Positions 35,237 through 49,250 of a DNA stretch of 64,000 bases are shown in pieces. Position 1 is the first letter of the stretch; every line of letters begins with the position of its first letter. The position numbers and the translations under genes were made by a program. The stretch lies in NCBI GenBank assembly GCA_965112155.1, contig OZ218098.1. One strand, given 5' to 3'. The stretch is from Podarcis liolepis (Eukaryota). The notes under the pieces were generated by a model, which saw only the letters and a program-made list of their open reading frames with translations, made no database searches and was not told the origin of the DNA.

Positions 35237-35866
35237 GTGTTCAAGGCACCACTGGTTCAGATTCAGAGAAACACAAGTGAAATTCCTGAAGTTGCTACCA
35301 AGGGTTGCATTCAATTACGGTAACTTCTACAGAGAGCAGAGCCATTGAAATGGATGACAAAGACTAACTTTGGTACATGGATTTCAATGGTTCTACTCTA
35401 AGTAAAACTTAGCGGAATGCAACCCTTGGGGTCCTGATATGGCCAGTTGAAAGCCACTTATTATTTATTTCCATGAAGCACTTAGGCCGCAAGAGCTTCA
35501 CGTCCTAACAATGCCACATCCTTAAAACAATTTTAACAACTGTTTCCTTTCCTTAGGTAATTGTAATCCTACAAGGGTAATTTAGCATGTTCAAAAAAAT
35601 TCTCAGCACCCTCACCAAACCAAAATCCATATAACTGTTTGAAAGGAAATGAAGACAACTTAAGCGGCACTTTTGTATGCATGCATAGGTATGCTCTTTG
35701 GACCACTTCTTAGGATGCCCCAACATAGCAACACACTCTAAGGCTGCAATCCTACACACATTTAGCTGGAATGTACTTCTGAGCAGACATGCAAAGGATT
35801 GCACTGTGTGCAAGTCAATTAGGGGAGGGATGCAAATAAATTATTTCCCAGTTATCCCTTATACAT

Positions 35867-36001
35867 AAAGGTAAAGGTAAAGGACCCCTAGACGGTAAGT
35901 CTAGTCAAAGGTGACTATGGGGTGCGGTGCTCATCTCACTTCAGGCTGAGGGAACAGACGTTTGTCCACAGACAGCTTTTCAGGTCATGTGGCCGGCATG
36001 T
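35867..36001 (-). mobile_element. 5'-truncated Sauria SINE
   Basis: (GGTAAA)n tail plus GCTCATCTC and GGTCATGTGGCC core motifs shared with the full copies. Confidence 0.8.
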
Positions 36002-36944
36002 ACTCATACTAGAATAGTTATCCCATTGTTTATTCACTATAGATAATGCCCACTCCACAGGATATTTTGTATGCTTATCCCAAACTGTAGGAATGCACTG
36101 CTTTCTGATCGCTCTAGGGAATGAGCTACTTACACACACATTCTGTGGCACATCTGTTTTGCAGGCTCCTCTGCCTAAATGTAGATTAACAGCATGTCCA
36201 CAAATCCTGCACAAAGACAAAAAAGGGTAAGGTGTTACGCATTCCTGCCAACAGTTCTAACTTTTATTTATACAACCGCTTAACCTAAAAAGAAACTAAA
36301 TCTCCAAACAGTTAACAAGAAAGAATATAGTTGTCAGATCACCAATAAAATCTAGGTGATATATACGAAATCATAATGCTAAGCAGTGCAACCAGGGAAA
36401 ACAAATACATTTTTTAAAAGCACCTGAAAATGCCATTGTTGATGCCTCCCAAATGACACAAGGGAAGGCCACAGCATAGTCAGCAAGGCCTCCTACAATG
36501 ATTCTCAGGGTCCACTGAGTCTGAACTGAGATCTGCTAGTGGTCCCAAGTTGTTTAAGGTTTTAAATGGCAATATTAAAAACCTTGAACATGGCTTGGTT
36601 GCTAATGAACAGCCACTGCAATTTTTAAAATGGAGGAGTAATGTGTGTACAGCCAGGGACTCTGCTCAGCACCCTACCTGCTGCATTCTGCATGAGCTGC
36701 AACTTCCAAACGAAGCCCAGAGGCAGCCCCAGTTTATTGGTTACCCAAATAATTGTGCAGTCTGGAAACTTTCCTGATCCATATAGCCAAAAGTAATTCC
36801 TATTAGAACAGGAATGTCAATTACATTGGGCAGACTGGGAGCAATTAAGTAATCTTCTAGGAAAGCAGCTTTTTCTTGATTAGGCTTCCATGGGCATAAA
36901 GACACACAGGGTTGGGGTTTCCATCTTGCGTAGAAATAAAATGC

Positions 36945-37288
36945 ATCATTCATTCATTCATTCATTCAGTCATTCATTACCTGCCTTTTTTCTTAGATGG
37001 GACTCAAGGTGGCTTACAAGAACTGCTAAAAACATAGAAAAATCCATCATTAAAATACAATTAAATATTGAATGAATTAAAACTATATGCATATTTTTTA
37101 AAAAACTGTTTAAAACACTGCAATAATCGCAATAAAAACAGCATGGCAGCAGCCTTTTCATTAAAATCAGTCAATTCCCAAAAGCCTGTTGGAACAAGAA
37201 AGTCTTTACCTGCTGGCAGAAAGACAGCAAGAAGGGAGCCAGTCTGACTTCTCTAGCGAGGGAGTTCCAAAGTCTGGGAGCCACTGTG
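36945..37288 (-). mobile_element. L2-like LINE 3' end with (TCAT)n tail
   Basis: Residual minus-strand peptide VAPRLWNSLAREVRLAPFLLSFCQQVKTFLFQQAF is typical of the L2 ORF2 C-terminus. Confidence 0.75.
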
Positions 37289-40200
37289 CATGAAGTGTGC
37301 GTGAAGACAACCCTCAAAACTATCAAAGCCTCTGTGTATTTTTTTATCTCCATGTGGCTTAGAATATCAGATCATAAATCATATGCAGTCAAAGTTCAAG
37401 GAGGCCAGCTAGAAGGAAGTTTTTGCCAAGACTTTATATAGAACTGCCACCAGTATTTTTATTAAGATGTTTTTATTTTAAAAAAGGGTGGGGAGGATAG
37501 GAAAGTCGAAGGCTATACAAAATTGCCCAGAGGTGCTACAGGCAGGTGTAATACTCAAGCCTGTTGTTTCTGCTTCTAGCCCATTAAATTTATTGTTAAC
37601 ATCCATTTTAAAGAAAACAGGAAAGATCTGTGTGAAGTTTTAGTGGTGTATGCTCAGCAGAAGAGGATTAGTACAGAAGGTAACAGACTGTGCTCATACT
37701 ACCCACAACAATGTTTACTGGTGATCAGTCAGTGGAACAAACCAGAAATATCATCTCCAGACAGAATTAAAATAGTCCTTATTTATCAATGTGACCAAAA
37801 TAATAATAATCACCCCACTGCTTTTGGAGCTCTTGGCTCCCCCCTTTTGTTTTTAATAACCTAAATCATTTGGTACAATCATCAGCAAACCTGGTGAACT
37901 TTTTAAGGGCCTTTGAAGTAGTGGGGAAAGAGCAAGGGAAGAGAAGTTTTACGTCATAGTTGTTCCAGGGAGAAGTTTGAGGAATAAGGGAAAGCAAGAA
38001 AGAATGCCAGATTTATCGACATACTTCTGGACCAAATTCATGCAGTGGTGTTCTGTCAGAATTTTAAAGAAAGTAACACTTTTCTTTTGGCAGTAGCAAC
38101 CAGAATTCTGGAGCTCGCAGGAAAAACAAGACTTCCCCCAGGTTATGACAACAAAGCTTGAGATGCTCTGATTCTGAACAAATGGATATAATTAAAGCTG
38201 GTGGCCAGTTCACACAGACACCTGCACCTGCACAGGACTTAACCCAGAGGAGCTTTGGATGTTGCTGAACTACAACTCCCATCAGGCCAAGCAAGCATGG
38301 ACAATGGGCAGAGATTATGGGAGTTGCAGTTCAGCAAACCTCTGGAAGGCCAAATTATCTGACCTAACCCAAAGGCAGGAAAGTCAGCATATACTTGGGG
38401 AGTTTTTAATAGATATCAAGGAGATTGTTTGCTCAGTTTATTGTGCAACAGTTGGAATAATATCTTATCGAGAGGAGTGACTGTAGAGATCATTATTAAC
38501 TGAGAAAGACAGAGCCACTTCATTCCTATTACTTGGCAGCTTGAACAGACACAGACATTGTAGAAACAAATGTAGAAACATACCAGGGTGAGCCAAAATG
38601 AGACCTTCCATGCACTGGTATTATGTCAAAGAACTGACACAACCTGCTCCCTCACCAGAAAATTGCAGTTTTAAATAACTTTTAAAAGAGTGGGGAAAAC
38701 CAGGGCTCAAGATGATCTGGTTACAGCATTCTCTGACCTAATCCCTAGTGTGCAGAGACTTTGTAGTTCCTCAGTAGTGAGTGAAAAGAATCTGTGCTTT
38801 CTTACCTTCACCTATGTTTCCTTGGTATGTCTCAAGGTTGAGCCCTGGCACACATTAAAGTACCAAGAATAAGCACATTTGCTGAAGTCCAGCAGAACGT
38901 TCATGCAATGCCCCTTGAAAGCCAGGCCAATATTCTTGGCTTCATGTAACAGAGATAAGGACTGACGCTGGAGGAATAGTGACTTGCGCAAGGCCATCCA
39001 GTGAGTTCATGTGGTGAGGTTTGAACTGAGGATCAAACATCCAAGCTCACAGCTCTTTCTTTTAATGAGTACAAGCTGTTCCCTTCCCTTGTGGTTGCTT
39101 CATGACAATGAATCTGCTCAGCACCTTTAATCAACAGCTGAGGTCCTCTTTTAGGACCCCTCTGCCATCTAAAATAAAGTAGATGTGAACCTGAGAGAAG
39201 GCCTTTTCAGTTCTAGCACCCAGTGTTTAGAACAGCCTCTTGAAGAGATGCTAAATCAACATACCTATATGTTGATAAGCTACCTTGTGTACTGCAGCCT
39301 AACAAAACGGTGGGGTAAACATTTTTTAACATTTCTAGATCTATTTCTAAGGATAATCATAGGCAAGCAATCTAAACTGAGAGTTTAGTAGCTACAGAAT
39401 TAAGAAACATCCAAGGATTGGTGCCCAGTAAGAAAGAATTGCAACATGCATGGTGTGTTTACTGCCTCTACAGAGACTCCTAATCCGACACTGGAAAAAG
39501 GGGGAGATGTTCTGTACTAGGCACTCTATATGCTTATCAGCACCATAATTAATCACATCTGCTTTGCAGAGAGTTTCCCTGTCAAAAGACCCCATGAAAA
39601 ATCCACAACATCCACCATGAGTCACATGAGGCTGGAGGAGCTGTGAGGGAAGATTAAAACTAAGGCCCATGGAGGCGGATGTTCCCTGATCACGTCAAAT
39701 TTGTATTTCAAAGCCATTTTCGGAATGGACAGTTTTCTGGCCATTGTTTCTGTGTGTAGGTGAAAAGGAGTAAAGGGAGGGGGAGCGGACCACTGCTTAG
39801 GGGAACCTTTTGTTTGCTATTCATAACCTCCTGTTAAGATGGATTTCAAAAGGTCATGAATAGTTTGTGGAAATTAAAAGCAGGGGGGAGGGTTTCCAAA
39901 CAACACACCCTCTCTCTCAAGCTGTGCTTATTGCTGTATTAGCCTCACCCTTTCAGGGGATTATAAGGCTTCTGAAAAGATTAACCTTTTAACATAATTC
40001 AATAACAAAACACAAGCAGGGGTGCCCAGGTGAGGCCTGCTTTTCCAATGCCCCTTCCCCACCTCAGAGGATTAACGTTTTAACATTAGAAACTAGAGCA
40101 CTCTGTTTCTGGAAGCAGTCTATCCTTCTTGAGAGCTGTTTTCTTCGTTCTCAAGCACATATGTTATAGATTACCACTGACCTCACTCCCAAGTCTGCAC

Positions 40201-43200
40201 GCTTAGTACATCATAACCCAATGTACTTGCTTTCCCAATGGTGGGAAGTGGGAAGTGAGACTGTGGCCCAGAGCCCTCCGTGTGCTGTTGGAATCTCCCT
40301 CAGGATCTCTGGAATATCTTCATACTTTCCCGGCTCTCCAACTCATCAAAACAAATGCAGAGCCTGTAAGCATTTCTGCCTGACACTTTTTAACACGCCA
40401 TGCAGACAAAACAGCTTGGGATATATACATATGCCAAGTATAGCATGTGGTCTAAGGCGAAATGTGTACAGATTGGGCAAGAGAAGCCTGTATCTGCTAG
40501 TCAACCATCTCTGCACACCATTCCTTGCTGCTTTTTAAAAATATCGACAGATATGGGAATCCAAAAACCCTGCAGCACTATGGGCTCATCCAGACTTCCT
40601 TTCATGCCATGCTTTCAAGGCACAGGTCCTGTGCTTTAAAGCTCCATGTCTGAAGAAGGGTGGTTGGTTTTTTTGTCCCAGAGCTTTCTCTGGGAAACCC
40701 ATCCTTTACCACTGAATCAGAGCAAACAGCAGTCTGCGGGAAACTGCAGTGCAACTGGCAGTGAGAACAAGCTCAAGGGTTTTTGAACCTGTGGCATGCC
40801 TATTGCTGAGGGCAACGTGGAGCCACCAACTAATCATAACATGACTAGAAGACCTGCATGCCAATCCGCATAACACATTGGTGACAGCTATACTAATAGC
40901 AGCAGCAGGTACAAGGATTCAAGCAAGAATAATCTCAGGGATAAAAGGAAAGGAGTGAATTGTTTCACGTAGGCAGCTGTTCTTTGAAGATAAATGACAG
41001 CATCCTGGAGAACTATTACTTGTTGTTCCTTGTTGCTTTATTCTAGTCAGGTCAGATAGCCTAGGAATGGAGGGATTAGAACAATAGTTAAATCTCAACT
41101 TTCACTTGGGCTGAAGAAATTGCTGCACCCCTCAGACTGGCATTGGTGATGGCCATTTATTATGTGATAAGTAGGCAAGACCAGAGGGACAAGGAAGCAG
41201 GGGGAGGGGAGGAGTACCAATTATGCTTGCTTAAGGAACTTATTCATTTTGCATTTGATAATGATAAAGTTGCACATATTCTCGCAGCAGTGCGGATCAA
41301 CGATTACAAGCAGCCCCACCCCTTTTCAGTGTCCTGTAATTGCCTGTTTGCCATATGCTTGTTTTCAACTGCACAGAAACAGAGGAAACAAAAAGCCACC
41401 CCAGCCTGTTGGAAATGTCACGGTAGGATGCTGTTTGTTTTGAAAAGCAGCCGTTCAGGGCTGCAAGCCAAGGCAAAGCTGGCCTTGGCCACAGCAGCAC
41501 CTATCAAGGAGCACAAGGCCATGAGAAAGGACACAGCACCGGAGCCACTTGACAGGATCACTGAGAGTTCTAAGCAGCATTGTTTAATGCCCTTTACCTC
41601 CTCCCCAACTGGTCACCCGATGGGCCTGCAAAGCAGCCCTCAAAGATAATATTTACCCAGCAAAAACAAACTTTGACATACCAATACCAGGAGAAATATA
41701 TGAGTTCAGGTAGGAGTGCCTTGGCTGCCTGTGGATTTTATTTCCTCTTTCCTTATTAGCTGCTTCAAGATTTTAACTGGAGCCTGAATGGATTTTTAAA
41801 AACACTTTTAGGCTCATGGAGGTGACTGAAACAAGGCCATTTACGGAACACAAATCATTGCAGAAATCCCTTCTAAGAATCAAAGATCACACAGCAAGAG
41901 CAAAGGTAAAACGGTACATTGCTAAGTCAAATGGGAGCTGGTGATCTTGAAAAAGCTGAGAAGAACAAGCTTTTCTCAACCCCCTTTGGATTGCATGCAG
42001 ATATATAGGACTATAAAATGCATCCACATCTCTCTCTCTCTCTCTTTCTTTGTGTGCAGTGCTTTTTTTCTTAAAAGAAAAGTTTAGGGGGACTCTCATT
42101 TTCCTGCTCATATTAAAATACTGCCCCTCAATGAGGCCAAACTTAGATTCACAAAATGTTTAGGGGTATGCTGTGTCCCCCCAGAAAAAAACACTGTATG
42201 TATTTACATACATACACACATAAACAAACAAACAATTGTTTCCAAGGCTCACAGAATTAATGCTTTATCTTGGTTTTGCATGAATCCAAACTATCCATTG
42301 GGAGGTATACAATATGCAAAACACACCACTTGACATCATGTTCTGGCCAGATTTGCATCCTTCAGTAGCACCTGCTGTAAAGCTAGACTATTAGCTGCTG
42401 CAAGAAGATTTCTCTTACAGTTAAGTGTCTGTAATGCCAAGGATTGCATGAGAGCCCCAGGAGTCTAGGATGCAGTCTAGGAATCATTTTACCACCACTG
42501 TTTGTGTGAGCTAGGCCTAGGTTTCGAACATCACACATACCCTTGTTGTCTCTAAGAGCATGGAATTGGTAGGATACCTAGTGGTCCTTTAATTGAACTT
42601 CCTGCCCCAAGGCAGTCTTTCCTGAAACAGCTCTGATATCTCAAGTCCTATAATTTCTGCCTCATATACTTTTGGACTTCTTGTGGCAGCCTGCTCAGAA
42701 TGTTCCTCTGTAGGGAGAATCAAGTCCTGATGGGCAACTGTGTGTAAGCATACTTGGGAATGGGGCTTGTACTCAAGAGTCTTAGATCACTATTCGAAGT
42801 TAATCCAAGTTGCAATGTCATTATTCTCCCTCATGTACGGATGAAAAGAAATGGTTTTATTGAGAGCATGGGGGGTAGAACAGAAAAAGAAAGCCAAGAA
42901 GGAAATATGAGTTCAATGAGATGCATGCAAATATATGAATCTCAGGAACTCAAAACAGGCCACACATGCAAATATAATCTCTTCGGCAAATGGATTTTGG
43001 TCGGTTTTCCTTGAAAAATAACAAGTGCTTGTTTGTCTCTTCTCTTCATCAAGGAGCTCATTTGCTTCCATTTAATGTTGAAAAGAATATGCTCTCACCC
43101 TTTGTCCATTTTATTAATGTAACATGGGGGCAGAGAATCATCCAGTGACATGAAAAGGGTCTCTGGAAGGAAATTAAATTATCTGCACTTTGATGCTCCC

Positions 43201-44020
43201 TTTCAACTTCAAATAATAGATATACAGGATTAATCCCTTCAATTTCCTGACTGATCAGCTGATGGGTCTGCAAAACAGTCCTCAAAGACAATATTTACCC
43301 CCTATATCCATGTTCCGTTTGGAAGCATATGAATGTAAAGCTCTGATCCCCAATCGTGTTCTCAGCACTCTCACAAACCTAAAAATTCTCAGTTTTCTGT
43401 AAGAAGTCGTCTTTAATATGGTCGTGGAGAAGTGGCTTTTATCCTTTAAAAAGGAACAAGCACTAACAAAAGCTGCAATATGGGGACACATATACAAAGC
43501 TGCATTATAGCAAGTTAAACCATGAGTCTATCTAGCAGAGAACCAACAAAACCATTGCACTTCTTCTAGCTCAACATAGCCACACCCTTCCCCCAGAGCG
43601 TCCATTAAAGTGTTCTGTTGCACAGTTCTCCACCGCCCATGAGTCATGTCAGGCACTTTGGAATGAACCGCTATAATGGGTTACGAAGGGAGAGCTGCTG
43701 TCTAACACTCCACACCTGGCTAGAGTGAAAACTCATCACGCTAGGCAGACTGGGCAGCAGGAGAACCCAGATCTAACAGGAAAAAAGTCAAGCTTTATTA
43801 TACCAGTAACCCAAGACAACTGCTATCAAAATCACATGAGCACCAGTCCAGGGGCCCTTTGGGCTCCAATGAACACAACTCCCAGTGTCAACACATCTTC
43901 CCATTTACTTCACTGGAATGGGCAACGTCATGAAAGAGGGTAGAGGAGTGCCACATGTACAATGGAAGCAGGCACACCTGCAAAGAATTGATGCAACAGA
44001 GTGGCAGCCACTGAGAAAAG

Positions 44021-44058
44021 GCTTCTCGGCCTTTTGGCTAAGATCAAGTGTAGTATCT
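44021..44058 (+). pseudogene. 3'-truncated U2 snRNA retrocopy (U2 nt ~4-41)
   Basis: GCTTCTCGGCCTTTTGGCTAAGATCAAGTGTAGTATCT matches the vertebrate U2 5' end; the rest of U2 is absent. Confidence 0.92.
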
Positions 44059-45712
44059 ATGATTCTATGAGAATTGTTATTACACAAGTTCAAGTGACGT
44101 CATTTGGGGGTTGTGTGACCTCAGTGATTGGTGGACTTTATATTTGGTGCAGGGGATCAGGCAGTCAAAACGTGTAGCACACAGAATGAAAATGTCACCA
44201 AGAACTCACAGGACTGATGCCATGACAGATTGTGGAGTGCTTAATGGGGCAGAAAAAACAGCGTCAAACACTCACTACAGGTCTTTGAAGTTGGGTGTGC
44301 TAAGCTCATACCTGAATGCTGTGACAGCTCTACCATTTTCTCTCTCCCCCCCTTAACAATATCTAAAGCCCAACCAGGCTGTAGTGATTAAATCATCAAG
44401 AAAAAGGCTGATAAAAGTTAGTTTTTATTTAACTGATACTTTGGCATATATTTTCTTAACAATGGAGCACATCTGACTACTCTGTTAATTTACAACTAAT
44501 TGAGTAATAATAAGCTTTGTTTTCCTTTGCTACACTATATACATTGTTCATTCTTTCCTATTTTTTAACCTATGGAGGAGATACAGTATTTGTACATAAC
44601 ACTCAGTCTTGGCTTATTTGATCCAATGAACTTCACAGCAGAAATACTATTGCATACAGGTGAGGATGCTGACATTCTTCTCAGCATATCCAGCCAGTTA
44701 TCCAGAGCAAGGACATAGAAGAGGAATAAGAAGAAGAAAAAATATTGCAAGTGCAAGGCCTCATCCATTCCATGTGAGCATTACACTCATGCTTCCTAAG
44801 TTTCCTTCTGGAAGTGCTTATCAGTTCAAATAAATTTACTTTAAAGGAGCTGGGATTTGCAGGTAAACTAACAATCCACACCTGTGACAATGGCCTCAAA
44901 GAGCTTTCTCCAAACCATGGAATGTCAGCAAAACAAACTCCACATCAACACCACCATAATTCAACATAAAGTTAATCATGCTCTATCCCACTGAAGTCAA
45001 TGCTTTTAAGTATGATTAAGTTGGACTGGTTCCTGCATGTTATTTACAGTTCAGTTAAAGCTGCAAGCAGGGCACACTTTCCAGGAAGCAAATGCTACTG
45101 AATAAATGAAACAATAATTTATTATCTCTATCCCATTCTTCAACTTCCACACCCAAGTACTCAACCTGATGGGACACTTCTTACAAAAATGCTTAAAATT
45201 GCAATGGGGGGGGGGGGGGAAATACTGTGCCAACAAAACAATGTCTCCTGCTATACAAGACAATTTAAACAGCACAAAGTTTCCGTTCTTGATAATAGGT
45301 CTTACGCAAATAGGAACCTGTCTTAATTGATACCCTGATTTTTCTATCCTTTGGTCTCAAAATTACATTGTCCTCTTTTCAATTGTTAAGAATCCCCATT
45401 CCATGTGTTAACAGAGAGAAGAAAGATGGCTCATGGAAATTTGGAGCTTCTTTCTATGCCCCAAGTGGCTGTTCATTCTGCTACTCCTTTGGTCCGTATA
45501 GACTGCTCCATCCATCTGCAATCCCAATTCCTAATTACCCTCCTTCCTTAGGGGCCTAAAACTGCCCTTGTTCCCGACACCAAGCATGCAGCAGTTGAGT
45601 TTCTACAGCTGCTGCAACAACACCACCACACTCTTACAATAAAGTTGAAGCTACCCTCAGGCAACTATATAATACTAAGAGCAGACCTGTGTAAAAGTTA
45701 CATGGGACTTAC

Positions 45713-45779
45713 CAGCTTGAGCCCTGGGTTCAAATCTCAACTCGAAGAGCAGAATTTGTGAAAGGCTCCACTTTTCTAC
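45713..45779 (-). other. Candidate non-coding 5'UTR exon of CRACR2B (67 nt)
   Basis: Strong acceptor tttctctattgctcccctgtacag| and strong donor CTG|GTAAGT. Confidence 0.45.
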
Positions 45780-46172
45780 CTGTACAGGGGAGCAATAGAG
45801 AAACCCGTGAACACCTTGTGTCAGATATCCAACCACAATCAATCAGCACAGCTGTTACGACAACTGATAATTACTCCTACGGTGCTTAAAATGCCAAGAC
45901 AAGAGTTTCTAATTCCTCATTGAAATGAGTCATAAGTTATTACTGATAAGAGTGGTTGCATCAGAGGTCATTAACTGGGTCATTGTTAAGGTTCTGTGCC
46001 CGTAACAGTGACATAAGCAGCAGAAATTAAACACTACAGTGATGGGGGAAACTGTACCTGTTACATTTCTGTCTGCAATGCACTAAGGGTTGAAGAATCT
46101 CTTATAGGAAGAAGATGTAGCAACACTATGGGGACGCATGCTACCACACATGACAATACTCTTAGGACTATA

Positions 46173-46383
46173 CAGTGCTACCTCTGGTTACGAACTTAAT
46201 TCGTTCTTAACCTGAGGTATCACTTTAGCTAATGGGGCCTCCTGCTGCCGCTGTGCCGCCGCCCCCATCTTCTCTTCTCATCCTTGGGCAAAGTTCTTAA
46301 CCCGAGGTACTACTTTCAGGTTAGCAGAGTCTGTAACCTGAAGTGTTTGTAACCTGAGGTGTATGTAACCCGAGATACCACTG
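46173..46383. mobile_element. Tc1/mariner (Tigger-like) MITE
   Basis: TA-CAGTGCTACCTC ... GAGATACCACTG-TA; same family as 61478-61705 in opposite orientation. Confidence 0.85.
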
Positions 46384-47249
46384 TAATCATAAACACATAC
46401 ACAAACACCTATCTGGTCTTGCTCATATGCATTTACACTTAACTTTAGCAGGCGACACATTTCCCATTATGCTTCTTTCCACACCAGGAAAAGCACCACC
46501 TGCCAAACTTCAGTGTCTCAGGCAGCTCTTGAGAGGCAACAACTGCAGTAAAGAACAATGCAAGAGTTTGACACCTGCAGTTTTCTCAGCACTGAACCGC
46601 ATCCATTGCAGCTCCACCTGATGAAATTCTTCCTGTCACTGCAAAAGAACTATGCCAGCGGATTATATTTTTTTTTAAGATAGCAGGTTCAGGAGGGCTT
46701 TGCTAAAGAACCACATTACGCATTTTAGTTTTTAAAATGTGGTTATAAACAAAATAACTAAATAAAGTCACCATCTTATCGTCTAAGATTGCACTGAAGA
46801 AGTGGCTCTGTGTTCACAAAACCTCATTATCAGTTTGTTAGCGTTTATTAACACACCTAAGATGCCACAAGAATCTTTAACGTGTTTGCTAAAAGAGAAT
46901 GAAAGCAGCTGACTCTCTAGAAATCTCATCGGGGAGAGGAGCCACGTAAGTAAGTGAGGTGGGTGGCCCAACACCATAAGCTTTCGTGGAATTTTCTGTC
47001 AGCCGATTAGGACGCATTCCAGCCACTGAAGGCTCCGGATACCTCAAAAGGAAGCCTTCTACAGCTCAATAATCACATCCTTTCGCAAGTAATACCGACG
47101 CATTCCTTCCAATGGCCATTATCGGCAAGCCTTTCGGGGGCGTCGCTTCCCAGCTACCTGTCCGCAGGTCAAGGCAGACCACAGATGGGGCTGCAGGTGG
47201 GAGGAGTGGTTCCTTTCCGAGGGAAAGCCGCGTTAGCCAGGTGAAGTGC

Positions 47250-48600
47250 ACCACGAACTCACCTGGATATGTGTGTGAGACGTAGGTCGAGAGAAACGGC
47301 CCCCAAGACCCTAATAGCTATCTTCTCAGAAAGGGGGAGGGACCCAAAGTTTCCGATCGCTCCCGGCGTTACCTTATACCTCTGATCCTGAAGGCACCTG
47401 AGAAGAGACGCAGAAGGGAGGGGGAAATTTCTTTTCCTTCGCTGATGTTAAACAAAAGCCCAGCAGTCCAAAGAGTTGGGATCGATGTGCAAACAGAAAA
47501 GAAACAGAGAGAGGCTTTTCTCTTTTTTTTCCCCAACCCGGAAATGCCTGGAGAAGCCGGACTCGCCAGATGAGGGGGGAGGAAAAGAAAGCAGGGAAAC
47601 TCTTCGGTCGTTGCTTGAACGTTTTTCTCTCTCCCTGGCGCGCAACGTGTTCGCAGCAGGTGCGGAGGGGCAGGGCCAGCTACCCTGGGGCTGCTTGAGG
47701 GGAAAGGAAGCTCGCCTCGTGGCCAGTTAGAGCCGCGTCCAAGCCTCTTCCTGCTGCTGCTGCCCCGGGCCCTGCCTCGAGGCGTCGAAGCCGGGCTTGC
47801 CGCCCTATAAGCGGCTACCCGCGAGGAAGCCCCGCTGAACTTGGACGGCGCTTCCTGCTGAGTAGCGCGTGGCTGGGATGAGGCGCTGTCGCGCAAGGCG
47901 GGCTGCAGCCCAGCGCGGGCCCCACTTTAGGGCCGCGCGCACGTGCAGGGCCGCGCGAAAAGTTTGCAGGCCGGTCCCCGCTTTCCTCCTTCTCCTCGGG
48001 ACCAGCTAGTTGTGAAGCGGAGAGGCTCCAAGGGCCGCGGGCGGGGAATCCTCGCAGCGAAGCCGTTGGCCGAGCGCGCGAATTAACCTTGACATACCAG
48101 CAGCCCCGTCCGCGTCAATGTATTGCTTTTTCCAAGGCCGGGGTGGAAGCGGGGGGGGGGGAGAGGTTGGGCACAGATATAGCCGCGCTGGTGGCGAAAT
48201 GCCTGGCTCGATCGAACAGAACAGATCCAGAGGGATTCCAGGCGGAGGAAAGGCAGCGCTTGGAGACCGCTCCCCGCGCCAGGAGCTGCCGCCCTCCCTG
48301 TCCGGCGCACGTCTGAAAGTGACGCGGACGGTATGCGGAAGCACTGAAGGGGCAGATAAGTTAAAAGGGTCTTCCTATGGCTTGCTTCTTCCTAGATGAG
48401 TGGCAGCTCCCAGAGCAGCAGCAGGGATCCTGCGGCACCTGAAGACTAACGCATGGGGCTGCGGCATAACCTGTCGTGGATTGGCCTCCAACCATTAGGA
48501 CTTTTTTTTTGTTTCTTTGAACATACGGCGATCTAGTCCAGCATCCTGTTCGCATAGTGGCCAACCAGGCGCCTGCTACAAACTCGCATGCGGGACCTGA
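47250..48600. promoter_or_regulatory. CpG island, probable CRACR2B promoter and non-coding first exon
   Basis: Sharp CpG/GC enrichment upstream of CRACR2B on the minus strand; E-box CACGTG 47940-47945; E2F-type GCGCGAAA 47953-47960; minus-strand donors AAG|GTAACG (47373) and CAG|GTGAGT (47263). Confidence 0.75.
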
Positions 48601-48748
48601 ACACAAGCGCGCTCTCCGCTTCTGCTGCTGATATTCAGAAGCCTTATTGCCTCTTAGAGACAGAGCATAACCATCAAGGTTAATAGCCATTGATATCCCC
48701 CATGAATTTGTCTAAATTCCATCCATGTTGGTGGCTATCACTGCCTCC
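48518..48748 (-). mobile_element. CR1 LINE 3' fragment
   Basis: Reverse of the 7965-8236 family (TCTAGTCCAGCATCCTGTT, ATAGCCATTGAT, GTTGGTGGCTATCAC). Related pieces at ~58040-58190 and ~61890-62010. Confidence 0.65.
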
Positions 48749-48883
48749 TTTGAGAACCATTTCCTTAACTTAAGGGAATCTGGGGAATCCATGGGAATCT
48801 TGCTTACATTTCTTTGACTGTTGTTAGTATCTAGGTCAAGATATCATAGAAGCATGTTACTTTTTAATGCTACCATCCATGGT

Positions 48884-49250
48884 AATTATTATTATTATTA
48901 ATTATTATTAATTATTATTATTATTATTATTATTTACACTGCACTCTTCTGGCTGGGTTTCCTCAGCCACTCTGGATGGCTCTCAACAGAATATTAAAAG
49001 CACGATAAAACATTAAAGACTTCCTTAAACAGGGCTGCCTTCAGATGTCTTCTAAAAGTTAGATAGTTGTTTATTTCCTTGACATCTGGTGGGAGGGCGT
49101 TCCACAGGGCGGGCGCCACTACCAAAAAGGCCCTCTGCCTGGTACCCTGTAACCTCACTTCTTGCAGTGAGGGAACCGTCAGAAGGCCCTCGGAGCTGGA
49201 CCTCAGTGTCTGGGCTGAATGATGGGGGTGGAGACGCTCCTTCAGGTACT
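48884..49250 (-). mobile_element. L2-like LINE 3' end with (ATT)n tail
   Basis: (ATT)n, then CTGGCTGGGTTTCCTCAGCCACTCTGG...GGGAGGGCGTTCCACAG...; same family as 35075-35236. Confidence 0.75.

Noticed and set aside
35023-35323. Poly-Asn and poly-Leu ORFs
   Set aside because: Translations of an (ATT)n LINE tail.
44021-44058. Functional U2 snRNA gene
   Set aside because: Only 38 nt; no Sm site or 3' stem-loops.
47369-48690. ORFs of 175, 112 and 109 aa
   Set aside because: Same CpG-island artefact; no homology recognised.
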